A stretch of DNA of 61,455 nucleotides, the filler included, from Choristocarpus tenellus KU-1152 (lineage: Eukaryota; Protista; Phaeophyceae): assembly GCA_964200185.2 (NCBI GenBank). It is 12 parts of 12 records of this genome, joined end to end, with 100 filler letters (N's around TTAATTAATTAA, not from the genome) between each part and the next. Parts side by side here need not be neighbours in the genome. Positions count along the whole stretch, not along the records: positions 25,402 to 28,130 come from CAXNAD020025253.1; positions 28,231 to 35,947 come from CAXNAD020005695.1; positions 36,048 to 49,850 come from CAXNAD020001363.1; 9 more parts are not named here. One strand, written 5' to 3'. Of the stretch, positions 26,800 through 40,200 are shown in pieces. Positions within the stretch are counted from its first letter, which is position 1. Each line of letters begins with the position of its first letter. The notes under the pieces are model-generated. The model was not told the origin of the DNA. It did no database searches and was given only the letters and a program-made list of their open reading frames with translations. The translations under genes and the position numbers were made by a program.

Positions 26800-27420
26800 A
26801 CCATTTTGTTTCGTACGTTTCAAACATATTGGATCAATGAAGAATGTGGTTTGTATTTTTATTTGTTTATGTAAAGATTAGAATATTATTATTTCGTAAA
26901 AACCCTAACGCACGTGCTTTGGGTCTTCAAGGGGTTTTAGTATTTAAATAAATTGTAGGGTACCAGTTGAAAGTGACCTTTTAGTTTCTGAGAATTGGAA
27001 ACGTGTGAGACCCGTAAAGTGCGTGCTTTGTATTTTCAAAAATTGTAAGAACGGTTATTACTAAATTTACTATTTCTAAAAATCCTAATACACGTGTCTT
27101 GGGTGTTCAAGGGTTTAGGCGATCCGATCGGATCACCGAAACTCAAGAACCGCTTTTTGTCGTCTCTAGTATTTTTAAGAATGCAAATGTCCAACAATTT
27201 AAGATTTTGTACTTAAAACAATTAGAGGGTGCCAATTTCTTTTTTACCTTTTGGTTTCGGAACATCGGAAACGTACAAGATCAATTAAGTATGAGCTTTG
27301 TATTTTAAAAAATTGTACCTATGGATATAGTCGGATTTACAACTTCTGAAAACCGCAATGCACGGATTTTCCGGATCATGGATCTCAGGGTGGTCCCACG
27401 GATCGCCCGGAGCTCAAACA
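26800..27420. repeat. Three degenerate direct repeats in the divergent intergenic region
   Basis: Shared blocks TTTTrGTTTC...(C)TTTGTATTTT...AAAAnCC..AAy(G/A)CACG recur near 26805-26930, 26980-27115 and 27250-27375. Confidence 0.65.
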
Positions 27421-27499
27421 AAGTTCATACGCCCACCTTCGAATCTAATCACTCCTAGACCTTCTCACTGCCCAAGACCGCCTGTTGCCCGAAAACACC

Positions 27500-27976
27500 A
27501 TGACAGTTGCTTCCACGGCAAGGGGGTGGCTTTTGTCGCCTGTGTCGCCCCCTGTGTTGCCCCCTCACCAGCCCGCCAACAATGATGTGCTGGAGCTTTC
27601 TACCAATGACGCTTCAGCGACCGGCGCCAAGCTTCGCCGAGGATGGGCTCAACCCATCCCAGCCAACGAACAGGGGGACTGCTGCAAGCGCTTAGCCTGT
27701 GTGAACAAGTTCGCAGCAGATAGCGAGTCCTTCCTTGCACGCACGTTGGCCAAAGAGCAGGACATCATCCGGGTGTGTGAGAACCACCGCGATCGCAAGC
27801 ACTTCGTTGGTGACTATGTACCTGTGATTAAGTTGGGACCTGGAGGCGGATCTATGCTCGCGGCCGGCATTCCCGTCTGTACGCAGTTTGTCAAGGCATC
27901 TTTTCGGAATATCCAATCATGTCATCGACACTTGCAAATGCACACCTAACGAAAGAGCATCCACCAGCGTGGAGAG
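27500..27976 (+). pseudogene. Cys-rich exon resembling the N-terminus of a Sola-type DNA transposase; one frameshift; remainder lost at contig end
   Basis: CCKRLACVNKF...GIPVCTQFVKAS(fs)FGISNHVI follows the CCxxxC...VCxxF...GIS pattern recalled from Sola-like transposases; ends at donor AG|GTGGGT. No DDD core is visible. Confidence 0.5.
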
Positions 27977-28271
27977 GTGGGTTTGATGTATGTACACAGT
28001 GTTATTTGTACCCAGTATATTTTTCCCCCTGCTTGATGATTGAACAGTAGTCCTATCTCAGAACAATGTAATCCGACCGTACTCGCCACATTCACTTTGC
28101 AGTTACCACGCCTAGATGTCTGATGTACAANNNNNNNNNNNNNNNNNNNNNNNNNNNNNNNNNNNNNNNNNNNNTTAATTAATTAANNNNNNNNNNNNNN
28201 NNNNNNNNNNNNNNNNNNNNNNNNNNNNNNGGGTAAGTGGTGGGCGGGAGCGGGCGCGCCGGAGGGGGAAG

Positions 28272-28306
<35 letters not shown>

Positions 28307-28514
28307 ATGGTAAAGGAGGAGGAACATGCGCGATTGAATAGCAACAATTACACCCAGTAAATGATGGTCTACAACTTGCACTGAACCACCACAATAAGTA
28401 CTCTTAGTATGATTACAACTATTATTATTATTTCTTTACATCAGTCCCAAGGCTTGTGGTAAAAAGGAAACGTCAAAGAGAGACATAGTACACCCCAAGA
28501 AAAGAAAAGAAATC

Positions 28515-28516
<2 letters not shown>

Positions 28517-28553
<37 letters not shown>
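28517..28553. repeat. (GA)n microsatellite
   Basis: Directly visible. Confidence 0.95.
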
Positions 28554-28555
<2 letters not shown>

Positions 28556-29139
28556 CTAAGAAACTTAGAAAACAAAAGAAAAGACTGTGGAGTAAAATGA
28601 AAATTCCAAGACCTGTCGGGCGTCACCTCCCGATACTACTGCCACTGTATGTCGATCAATACCCAAACTATTACTTTCAAGGAATTAAGGTAAGGCACAC
28701 TCACATCATACCGCCTACTATAATAGACCTGCAGAGACTTTGCTGTCTCTGAACCTGTCCCACCATCTAACAATTATTTGCACAAGTTGAAGTATCTTAG
28801 AAGCATTGCGGTAAAGAGCAAGTGGGCGCTCTAAGTCCACCATCCCTCCCACTAGTTGCAGGATGAGGGGAGGGGACATGAGATGAGGATCAACTTCTGG
28901 AGAGGGTCTGCAAGACAGTTGGGATGCAGATAAAACTGCACTGCAACCATGCAATCTGCAGAAAATGGAGGGGGCTTTAATATCCATTGGAACTGTTGTA
29001 TCAGGCGGAGCTTTGGAAAGCTTCCAGGAAGGTCAGCATGAAGAAAGGGAGTGCTGAAACATTGGCAGCCCACACTTCGTATGTCCTGCTCCCCACATAC
29101 CCCCTCTCATTCTAGACTGTTTTCAGGTTCTAGCTTTGC

Positions 29140-29750
29140 GGAAAAACAGGGAATCAGATGCAGAACTGCCCTAATTCTGCAAGGTTCAATAGGGCGAACA
29201 TGAAGAGCAACACTGGCGAAGAAGAAGAAAATAAGAAACAGCGTAGTAAGGTTTGGAGATGAAACGGATATGGGAGTGGAAGTGGAAGTGGCAGGGGCGA
29301 AGCAAGGCCTGGAGGCATGCCACATCTACGTGGAGGATTACAGCAGTGATGATAGATCATAGTGTTGAGACATGGGATGAGCACTGGGCCTTCGATAGTG
29401 GCTGTTGGGGACACATGCCGGTAATCATGCTGCTCAAATTGATGAAAAGAATATCTGTGCTTGGATGGTGAGTTGACACACACCTGTATTAGTTGGCACC
29501 ATTGGCCAAAACTTGCTCGATAGGGTGCCCACATAACCACCCTTCCGATTCTCTGCAGATGCTTATTCACAAACAAGGGAGAATGGTAAAAGAGAGAGAC
29601 CACCTTCACTTCTAGCTTGCTGGAGACTGCAGAGGAGTTTTATGCAAGTGGTACAATAAATGTGCACATGGGTCTGCGGTGGAAGCCAAGAAGTTCATGA
29701 CTGATCGACATTGCACAAACTTGCCAGGGTCACATCTCCTTGGTAGATCA
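29140..29750 (+). mobile_element. Highly decayed copia-like fragment
   Basis: HWAFDSGCWGHM matches the copia protease W.xDSGxxxHM motif; surrounding frames are broken. Confidence 0.5.
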
Positions 29751-31767
29751 GTATGTAACACACTGGTGTGACCCAAAATATATGGATATGTCTGTCCATG
29801 ACCTACATCTTCTATTCACTTTTCATTGCTATTCTTCTGATTCGTATTGCGGTATGTACCTTCAACGCTGGAGACTGCTGCAGAGCAACTCACGAGAAGA
29901 CATACAACAAATCTGAAGGCAGTCCACCAGCTTCCATTGATGTAATGTGCAAGTTCATCATACCCAGCCGACATCAGTTTTTCTTATGATGGAAGTCTGT
30001 GCCTTTGACGTAACGCATGGCAACCAAAATGTAAAGGTATAACTGTACCCTCCTGTCCGTCTCTGAACCAAAAAAAGAAAAAAATGGGATCCATTACTTG
30101 TTGCTGCAAGGTTTATTTGGGGCCAGGGCAGTACTACACAAGATTCGAGGGAGGAGGCAAAGCAACAAGTGATGCTATGACTGAATCCAACGTACAACAA
30201 GGCACCAACTGAGGCAGTACAACATGTTGTCATGCAACGGGAAAATGCAGTAGCTAACGAAGATGTACGGTGCCGAGACATTGCCGACCTCATCTTTCCT
30301 AGTCCCATACCAAAGCAAGACAAAAAGACAATAACAAAAGTAGGGTGTTTGTGATAGACCCTTTTAGTTTCATTACCAAAATTTTGGGAACAATCGAAAG
30401 CTTTATGAGCACTTAATTGTCAGGAGGATAAGCCCTGCATCACAAACGAGGATAAGATAATTGACACGAATTCATCAACTTGATTAAATCTAGATTTTCT
30501 GAAACAGATGTTTTTTTTTAAATCAAAAGGTTGAAACTTCAGACTATAGCCATTTCATTCTTTTCAGTGGAAACTCACTGAAGAAATTGGGATAGTGAAA
30601 AATATATTTTCTGCCCGATACCAGAGACAGGCGTTTAAGTGAATGATCATTGTATTCCCTGTGCAGAGTATTTGCCCACGTAACACTATCACTCTGCTCA
30701 TTAAGCAAAACAAAAAATGAGGCCAATGAGATTGCCTTTTGTCTACGGAAACACTTTCAAATATGTGTGTGAGTGTCAGATGATGCTAAGAACTTGGTGG
30801 ATGATTGGTGTCATGTCCGTCAAGTCTTGTTTCATATTATTCTTTCGTCGTTCTGCCCCAAACTAGTATTCAATTGAATGGAGGTTCCATTGGTGAACCC
30901 TGGACCAGGTTTCTATTCTTTTAAGAATTGAACAGAAACAAGTATGTGCTCCTGATGACTGAACCTCCATTTCTGTACACAACACAGTCAGTATTCCATT
31001 TTGTATTTTTTTCCTCTTCAGCCACAGATCTCTCATCTATCACCTACTCTGCTTTACAACCTCTGAAAACAGGATTGAGAAGAGCCAACAATACACTGCT
31101 ACCTAGGAGTCGCAAGAATAGAGCTGCATACAGGGCTTTACGCCAGACTGGCAGTTGAGCAGGCCGGCCGTTGGCCCAACTCTGTTATGTCTATGAGGGA
31201 CCTGACTCAGTCCTGTTAAAATATATATTAGTGGGGTTGATGTTCGGGATGCAGCCTGGACCCAATAAACCACTCCTTGCTAGGGCCAGCCCTGTCTGAA
31301 ACATTACATACACTGGGCCAGCCTGGTCACTTAAACGGTTATCCATTCTGCTGCAACAAAATATTGCTGGGTGGACTTCCCAATCTGTCCACCAAAATCC
31401 CCAAGGCCCTCTGGAGCGGCCCTGTAAGAGAACATATTGTTATGCTACAATAATTGGGAACACCGGTTGGAGATGGCAATGAAAGACGTAAGAGCAACAT
31501 TAAAGGCCAAGGAAACAGGAAGCATGCCGGAACTTCACCTAGCACTCCTGTGAGTGGGCGCATGTACAGGGCCTACATAGCTAAACGAGGTAAGGAATAT
31601 TGATCGAGGTGTCCTTGACAATTGTAACCCGGCTCAACAAGTGGTCACAATCACAATTTTCTACTTCAACTGCATTATTACATCTCCTCTCCCCCCACGA
31701 TTGGGAACTAGGATAATTTGGGTAAATTGAAAAACGGGAAGTGAAACAAATATTGCTTCTCACGGTA

Positions 31768-32054
31768 CAGGCTGTGGAAAGCTTTCTGAAGATGAATGAA
31801 AGAGAGAGTGTGTTGCGAGGTCGACTGAGAGGCCTCCTGGAACACTTGCACAGGCAGAGTCGAGGGCTGTCAAGAGTATGTGACAACACAGTACAAGGTC
31901 TTCCATGCAGGCGCAGGAGACCAGAGGAGGGCGACAGTGTGTTGTCAGTTAGACAGTTCTTGGCTGTCTGCGCAAATTTCTCAGGAACCTTCTCAGTCCG
32001 TCTTGTCATGCTATCTCCCCTTCGATCATCTTTAAGGAAGCTCTCCACAGCCTG
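31768..32054. mobile_element. Single-copy putative MITE (family E) with ~28-bp inverted termini
   Basis: CAGGCTGTGGAAAGCTTTCTGAAGATGA versus reverse complement CAGGCTGTGGAGAGCTTCCTTAAAGATGA; flanks TA/CA. Confidence 0.55.
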
Positions 32055-34952
32055 CAAACAGCAACAATTTTTGGTCCACTTCCCGATTTGCAAATTCTCC
32101 GTATCATCCTAGTTCCCAATCCTGGGGGGAGAGGAGGCCTAAAGCAATTAACACTAAAATCTCGTATTGTATTTGTTGCCAATCAGGACTACATTCATCA
32201 GGAATATCTTAGAGAATCGTCCTTGCCTCATTCACCAAATATAGGTTCTCTACATCCACCCCCTCTCATGAGTGCTAGGCAAGCTTGTGGCATGCTTCCT
32301 GTATCTTGACCTTCATTGTCACTTTTGCTTTAATTGTCACGATCTCCATCTGGTATTCAAATACACCTTGTTTCTCCTCATCATCTGCAGCCCTTCCAAG
32401 ACAGTCCCCCTTCCCCATATCATGGCTGAGCACTTTTTTGTTTTACTTGTGTGGTTCTAACGAGATCCCTCATGTTTCTTTCTGACCTTGTGGGTCTCAT
32501 CTGCCTCCTCCTGCTGCATTTACACCATCTTCTCAAGGATGTTCATGTTCTCCTGCTCCCCCCACCCCTCTCTCCTTACTCATGCTCTTTGACCTCCTCC
32601 TTGGCTGTACTCATCCCCCCCTACTTGCTTCCTCCCTTCCTATCCCACTATCACTTCATTTTCTTCACAATGCCATCCTTAGTTCGCCTGGATGACCTTT
32701 GCAGGTCAAACTATTCTTTCCTCGCCGATTCGACTATAACCCAAATCCCCTCTAGTTTTCCTAAGGCTCCATGACCACTTCTTGAGCTGTCCTTGGATCT
32801 CACCACAAAAAACTCACAACACTCACTCCTTTCTTACAAACCTAGCTATCCCTTCCACCATTCCCGGCCAGCCACAGCCCATAGCTAGTGACCTCCAACT
32901 ACTCTCCTCCCTCAATTCCTTGCTCCGTGTCTTGCGTCTCTGCATTCTATGTGCATAACCAAAAAGATATTTCTCTGTTTTATTCCGATAATCTTGAAGC
33001 TTTTACTGGGACAATACAATCAGCAGTCCAGCCTCGCCACAGGTCGGTAGTCCAGAATAAAACTCCACGAAGGTGTAAAGCAGTTAACTATTTAGTGGGA
33101 GCCCCTTTCCGAATTGTGACAATTGCAACTGGCTATCGCAATTGCAAACCTCAAGGAGTCAGAATTGGCTCTAGGACCAAGGGAGTTGATGTTGGAGGAA
33201 GTGGACTTGAATCCGAGAGATTTGAGCATCTGACATCTGAGCAGGGGGAGTCGAGGAACTAAAAATAGGAGAGGATGGTTGGAAGTTGATCCGGTCCCTG
33301 GTGCTAAGGGTGACAAGCGGGAAATAGACAGTGATCATACAGTGGAGAATGATCTTGGAAGAGGTCTGTGGGCTTTGAAGGAAATTTGGATGGTGACATC
33401 GTGACAGATATGGCGGGTGGAAAAGTGGAAACTTTAGTGTTGTGAATCAGAGCAATTGAGTTGCCGCAAGTTAATTAAATTGAAGGTAATCGACATGAAA
33501 ATCAAGGGGTGTGTCTTCGATTGGTTCTTTGCTCACAGTGCCCTGAAGCAACTTGACTCCTTGTGAGCCTTGCTGCCTTGCATTGTGTACTGTGAGCACA
33601 TTTTGGTTCTGATCAAGTAATCAACTAACTTTTTTTTTGCAGCACTAGGAAGTCAGCTTGGTGATGTCAGTCTGGGAAAGAGAGAGTAGTGAGAAATAGT
33701 AGTGAGAAATACCATGTTTTTACAACTTCTGGAGCACAATCTCAACCCCCCTGCTAGACTGGGAGCTCAACAACAGAGAGAGAGAACTGTGGGACAATAG
33801 GGGACTCTTCGGGTTGGTTGTGAGTGGGAAAATCCTGTTTGCTTCCACACAAACATCAAAAACGTCGGAAGCTATGGAGTCGGAGGAATGATACAAAGCA
33901 GAAATGTAGTCAAGGATGTGACCTATCTGCATGACAGGGGTGCATGTATCAGGGAGAACAACCAGCTGATGGGCAACGGTTCTTGGGACAAAGGTAGTCT
34001 ATGAGAAAAAGTTTGGTGCAGAAGGGATGAGGAGAGGCACAGGAAGGTATAAGGCAAGGTTGGTGGTTCAGGAATTTTGCTGGCAGAATGCAGTGGGATA
34101 TTTCAATAGTTAGTATCCACTTCTGCTGCCTCTGTCACAAGCCTTGCCTCGTGCCTTTACATAACCCCTTCTGGACCAACCCTCTAAATATATGCATATA
34201 AATATATAGCACCATCCCAAGAACTCAGTGCTGATCAGTCAGTTATGATACTCGGATCAACACAACAATGTCATCCAGATCCATCATGAATCAGAGATCA
34301 CGGCACCAGTTCATGCCCAGTCCCTGAGTGGTCATCTGAATATCTCGCAGCATTGGCTTATACATACCTTGACTGGGTCATTATCCCAACTCCCTACATT
34401 GGGAGGATACAGGATAGAGCGTACGAATGGGACTGCAGAAGGGCCAACTAGACACACAAGACTGACATGACCACTCAAGGAACTAGAGGGGTGATAGCAC
34501 ACAGATAAAGACGATTAAGCCAGGCAGTGCCCTGGCCTCTAAATTTGCCACATTGAATCAGGGTTATCCTTGAATCACAATTTCTTCAGTAACAGCAAAC
34601 TGCCATAGTACCTATCAACCCCAGAAAAACATGAAAACAAACCAATTTCAATATAGTTTCCCACTCATTAATTCAAATCACAACACACGTTTTTAACCCA
34701 CCTTAAAAAAATGAACACAGAAAAAGAAAATCATGCTTTAGTATCACTGTTGGGTCTCTTAACATTGTTGGGATAAACAATAGCAGTCTCTAACAAAACA
34801 CACTATAAAAAACGTTCCCCACGAAGACTCTAATGGTCACATACACACAAGATTTACGCTCACATAAACCCACTCTCCAACATCCTCTATCCTTCATAAC
34901 CCCTCCTCCTTCCCCAGTGAATCTACAACAGAAGGTTCAAATGAAATCTCAC

Positions 34953-35236
34953 CCCTGCTTCCCAGACTGATCAGCTGATATTGTCGCGTACTTCATTGAG
35001 GCCATGGGGCACAAAGGGTGGGGTAGAGTCACCCCCAAGTATCTCGCCACGCCGACCACAAGCCGAGACACGAGACCAAGAGCTGAGGTCAGGACCTCTG
35101 CAGGAACCTCTGAAACCGAGGAGAAACCAGGACGTACTAGGGTTAGGGACTTAGGAGTTGCTAGGTGAGTGGGAGGCAATTGTAAAGGATCAGGTAACAG
35201 AATTTTGATATCCATGGTTGGCAGGAGGGTCAATAT
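34953..35236 (-). CDS. Exon of an ATG14/UVRAG-like protein
   Basis: TSALGLVSRLVVGVARYLGVTLPHPLCPMAS resembles the ALG..a.lv...a.yL.v.L.yP motif of ATG14/UVRAG; donor GG|GTGAGA. Other exons not resolved. Confidence 0.55.
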
Positions 35237-36515
35237 CTTTAGGCTATGAGGGGGAGATGGAAAATAGATTGATTGAATATTATTGTCCTAAGCGAAAGTG
35301 AGAGGGACACCAGAGGGCACACAGTTAGTTGGGGTTGCGATAACACTATAAACAGTGGTAAGTGAAGAGTGGGTAAAGAGAAGATAGCTCTGCTTCAGCA
35401 TTGTCTCCAAAATAGAGAGGTGGTGGGTTGGTTGAGCAGGAGGGGTCAACAGCTGTTACAAAGAAAGAGGCAAATCCCAGCCATCTCATCTAGTGCAACG
35501 AATATAGAACTTCATCCACTACAAGGGCATCTGCATCGACTGACAGGTGCACAAAAAAGGGACCTGACATTGTCAGGAAGCACACTAGAGAGTGAAAGGA
35601 ATCAAGCTGTTCAAAATACAGAACACAATGTTCCATCAGTGTGTGAGTGTGTGCTTGGGTAATTTTTTATCAGTTTCATACACAACCATGTTTACCATGC
35701 AGCATTCCAACATTAATTTTATTTCCATCGTGTCCTTATGCACAAACTCTATGACACATCCATCCCCTCCATAAGACTGACTCACGGCTGTAATCTCCAT
35801 TATTGGGAAGAGGCAAGCCCATCACTGTGCTCACACCACTGACAGCAGCAGCAGCAGCTCGCCCCCCCTCATTTTCATTGTTGCCCGACCCAGTCCTCCC
35901 CCCCCCCCCACCTTTCTCCCATTCATTGAGAGAGGGAGGGTACCCCTNNNNNNNNNNNNNNNNNNNNNNNNNNNNNNNNNNNNNNNNNNNNTTAATTAAT
36001 TAANNNNNNNNNNNNNNNNNNNNNNNNNNNNNNNNNNNNNNNNNNNNCTCAAACATTATGACATGGAAAAATGGGCCCCAAATGGACAGCTGCCCCCCCC
36101 CCCCAGATACTTTGAGTCAAACAAAGTTGCATGCAGACGAAGCAAATTGCCCACTCATCTGACACGTCCATTCAAATGACCAGTAAATGACGACAGGGTG
36201 ACAAAAGGCCCGAATAGACGTCTGAGTCCCCCTCCAGGATACTATGGGTCTTATTTCAGTACATTGTGCTCTGAACAACTTGAAATCGCATACCAGCTAT
36301 AGTTATGTATATGTCCCCAGGGCCTCACAGGCATATAGTTAGGAGCAACAATATGACAGGGCCCAGATAGCAATCTACGGTAGATGATATGTCAATAGAT
36401 GACATGAGTTCCATGTCATTACTCAGCTTGTGGGAAAGGGACGAGCTAAGACCAACACAGATGTGATATGCCTTCGTTGGGATGAGGACTGAGCCATACG
36501 TATCAGTGTGTTGTG

Positions 36516-36773
36516 GAGCTTAGTATCCTAGAGGGTACGAGTTTTGTCCTGTTTGTTCATTTGGGGCTTGGCTTCCCTCGGGGCTTTTATGACATTTTCC
36601 TACCCCAAAAATATTTCGGAGTAGGTAAAATGTATCCGTTATGAAAACGATAGTCCAAAACAAGGATATTGACACTTCCTAACAAACACGATAGACAAAA
36701 ATACATCAAAACCGCAACATTGGATTTTGGCCCCCAAATGGACGCGGCTCTACCCTCTAAGATACTTTGGCTC
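36516..36773 (+). mobile_element. MITE family A copy
   Basis: Diverged left TIR, intact right TIR. Confidence 0.9.
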
Positions 36774-36975
36774 TTGGTTGTTGCTTGGTGATTTGTTTAT
36801 CATACTTTGATGCAAAGAAGTATCAGGCTTTCGAGAGTGTGTGTCTTGTGCTATAGTAGATCCTTTGGTTTTTGATCTACATCGCAATATCCATCTTGCA
36901 AATTGTTTGAGGGAAACATCTGTCAACAGAGTCTCTCTGAAAATAACGGTGTATTTCGTCTCTTTAACTCATATT

Positions 36976-37234
36976 GAGTTAAAGTATCATAGAGGGTATG
37001 AGTTTTTCCCTGTTCGTCCGTTTGGGGCTTGGCTTCCCAAACGTTTTTTTATGACACTTTCCTACTCCAAAATATTTCGGAGGAGATAAAATATGTACAT
37101 TACGAAAAGGTGCATCCGGAACAAGGATATTGACGCTTCCTAGCAAACACGATAGTCAAAATTACATCAAAATCGCAACATTGGGTTGTGACCCGCAAAT
37201 GGACGCGGCTCTACTCTCTAAGATACATTGGCCC
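36976..37234 (+). mobile_element. MITE family A copy
   Basis: TIRs present; 3-bp TSD ATT. Confidence 0.9.
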
Positions 37235-37258
37235 ATTCATACTTACCAATATCTAGAC

Positions 37259-40200
37259 CTGTGTGATGGAAGACTGGCAGCAGGCCCCAGGCTCCACATG
37301 GTGCCGTGACTGAGGGTTCCTGAGGAATGACAGTCCCATCCTTTGGGACGATCTGAGTGAACATAAGATGGGGCATACCGGCATGATGAAATTGAGTACT
37401 GAGAGAAACCCTTGGGAGGGGTGATACACAGAGTGCATAATTTGAATATACAGTTATGCCCAGGCCCTTGACACGTTTTTTTCCGTTGGCTCTGACTCCC
37501 TTTCCCTGGCCCAAGTAGTCTGCCATAATAGCAATCTTGAGCAAACTATGATCAGAGTCGCAGTTCCAGCCATATTTTTACTAATCAGATTGCAATTTTG
37601 TTACTTGATCTATTTATAGTGCTTGCGGAGAGACTGACAAACAATCCAACCAGGAGAAGGATATACAATGGTATTGGACTAGTTGTGGAAGGTAATCTTC
37701 TACTAGTCTCTCCTCGGTCCGTTCTGTCGTCCGTTACAGCTTTCAAAAATAGCTTCAGGAACTCAGTACTATAATCGTTGAAGCTGTACTGGAGTGACTG
37801 GTGCCCAGCTACAAATATAGTCCAACAACATGAAATGGGCCAATGAGCATTGGCAACGACATCTAGCCCCTCTAGGAATACGAAATGGAAACCTGAAAGA
37901 TTCAAATCTCTACCCCATATGCAAGGCCATGTGTTTCCCCTCCTATCATTACTTTGGTAATACCACACAGGGTGCGCTCACTTGGTCCTTGCACAAGTTG
38001 GAAGTGGGGAAGGATATACTACATATTAGACGCAATCGTGGGAAATGGCAAGAAGAAGTGATCCCTTGAAGGTATCACATGAAGCATACAATTTTCTCGA
38101 CAAGGGTGAACTTTTCATCTTGCCAGAAGACAAAAAAGCACTGTCATATTGTGGACATGCCGTGTTGTGGGTGAAATGAATAATGCAATGGTTACCACAC
38201 TACCTTGCATTTCTGTTTTAGTCAGTACAGACACCTTTTTGAGATATACCCCTGCCTTAGACTTCGTGTTTAGTAGAACATTTACGAGTACATGGACTAT
38301 TTAATTTCCTTACTATTGATGCACTGGTACTGTAGTGTCCTGTTGTTGGATTTTTTGCAAGGTTCTGTGTACATCAATACGACTGTGTAGCAACTGGCTT
38401 GTATTACTTTGAAAGTTTTGTGAACTTGGGTGGCTTGCAACACCAATATGGAAATCTGCCAGGGAGAGGTTTGGATATACTAACCAGGGATGTCATAGGT
38501 TAAGGTCACTGTAAGAAGTATCGATGAACATGTCCAGAATAAGGATTGTTTGGTATCGGGACTGTTGGTTGTGGAGGCGGATGAAGATGTCATAATTGAG
38601 CATTAAAAAAAAGATTAGGGAATGGAGTGGCCTGTTCAGAGTAAGAAGCAGGTGATACATATTCTGGAGCACATTGTTTTCGCACCTTCAGAGATCGGAC
38701 ATCGACGACAATACATTGAATTTCACTAATCTTCTGGTGAGTGTAGCTGTGGGGGGGGTCCACGAATCGAGGACTTGTCTGCAGGTCAAGAGGATAACAA
38801 ACGGGAACAGTGATTGTGGACAACATTGCAAAACTTGGGGAGGAACCAAAGCTGGTGTGTGGTAGATTCAAAAATACCAACGAGACAATCAGGGACTTGA
38901 TGCATGAGTCCAATCAAAGCCGGACCAGGGTGATGCTTGATTTTTATGATTCTTGTATTGATATATTGAACTTACATCATCTGTGGGAAAACGTGAAGCT
39001 GACTCGAAAGGTTGCTGATATTGTGCTCTCCGTTGTGCATGGAGAATGAGAGGGGGGGACCAAAGTATTGAGAATTGTTGATTGAGCTATTCTTCCTTTC
39101 AAGGCATTCCAATCTACTGCTAGAGGCACAATGCCCAGACTGTAACAGGAGTCTTACATGGGAGGAGACTAAGTTATAGTTAAGTGTGAATTCAGCCTGG
39201 TCCGCCATTGGAGGATCTTGGTAGTACAGACCGGGGAGGATCAATGAATAGAGCACCTGGTTGGAGCAGGATAGTAATTAGTATGGGCAGGGGAGGATGG
39301 GTAGTCTTGCTTACTTGCTGGATAGAAATCATAGACAAGATCAGGTTGAAGCAAGAAGAATATAGTCCTAAACATCGATGGAAATTGCACTAGAGCTGCT
39401 AAGGTCTCGGGTAATACTACTAATGTTGATGTTAACTGTATGATTTTTCACCAGAAAAAAAACAAGGCCCCATCTGTGGTTGGAGATTGGAGAAATAGCT
39501 TTATCCCTGCACGATTCAATATTCTCAAAACCTCAATCTGCAGCAGTGGTTGATTCTGTGTTAGGTAGAGTATACTCAATGTGGGGTACACCTCGTGCAG
39601 GTGAACCAAACGAAGATCCTACGGTGGAAGGATTATTCAAGGTGTCAACCATAAGGGCACATATTTTTGGAATCCTTTGAAGCGGGTTACTTGCGATTTT
39701 AGCAGGGATCGCAATCTTGCGCTCTCTTCTGACAACCTACATCATCATTGTCTTCAATCTGAAGTTCGGAGAATATGCTCTGATTGTACATGTAGACATC
39801 CCTTTCAGGCACACTGGGAGTACGAGAATTGCCGTTCCTTGATTTGAGACATACTATAATCTCTCTCATGCCCTTTCGCTCTAACTTCACCTTGTAGAGT
39901 AGTGGACTCTTGAACATCTTTGTCCGCATGTGCACAAGGCCGGCCACTAAGACACTGAAACCTACTTCTGGATAGTATTTTTCCACGAAGCTGAAGTCAA
40001 TCATCTGCCACATGTTAAGAACCAACCGGTAGAGTAAAGGCAAAAGTCTTGGTTGAGGATAGGAAAGGCAGGGAAGGTGAAAATACTGTTCACAGAAGCA
40101 GGGACATTTGCTAGACTGGCAGAAATGGAAGGGCTGTTTTCTTTACATATACATCAAACGTACATCTCTGTTCGTTGGTTTGATTTACAAAGAGCTCTGC

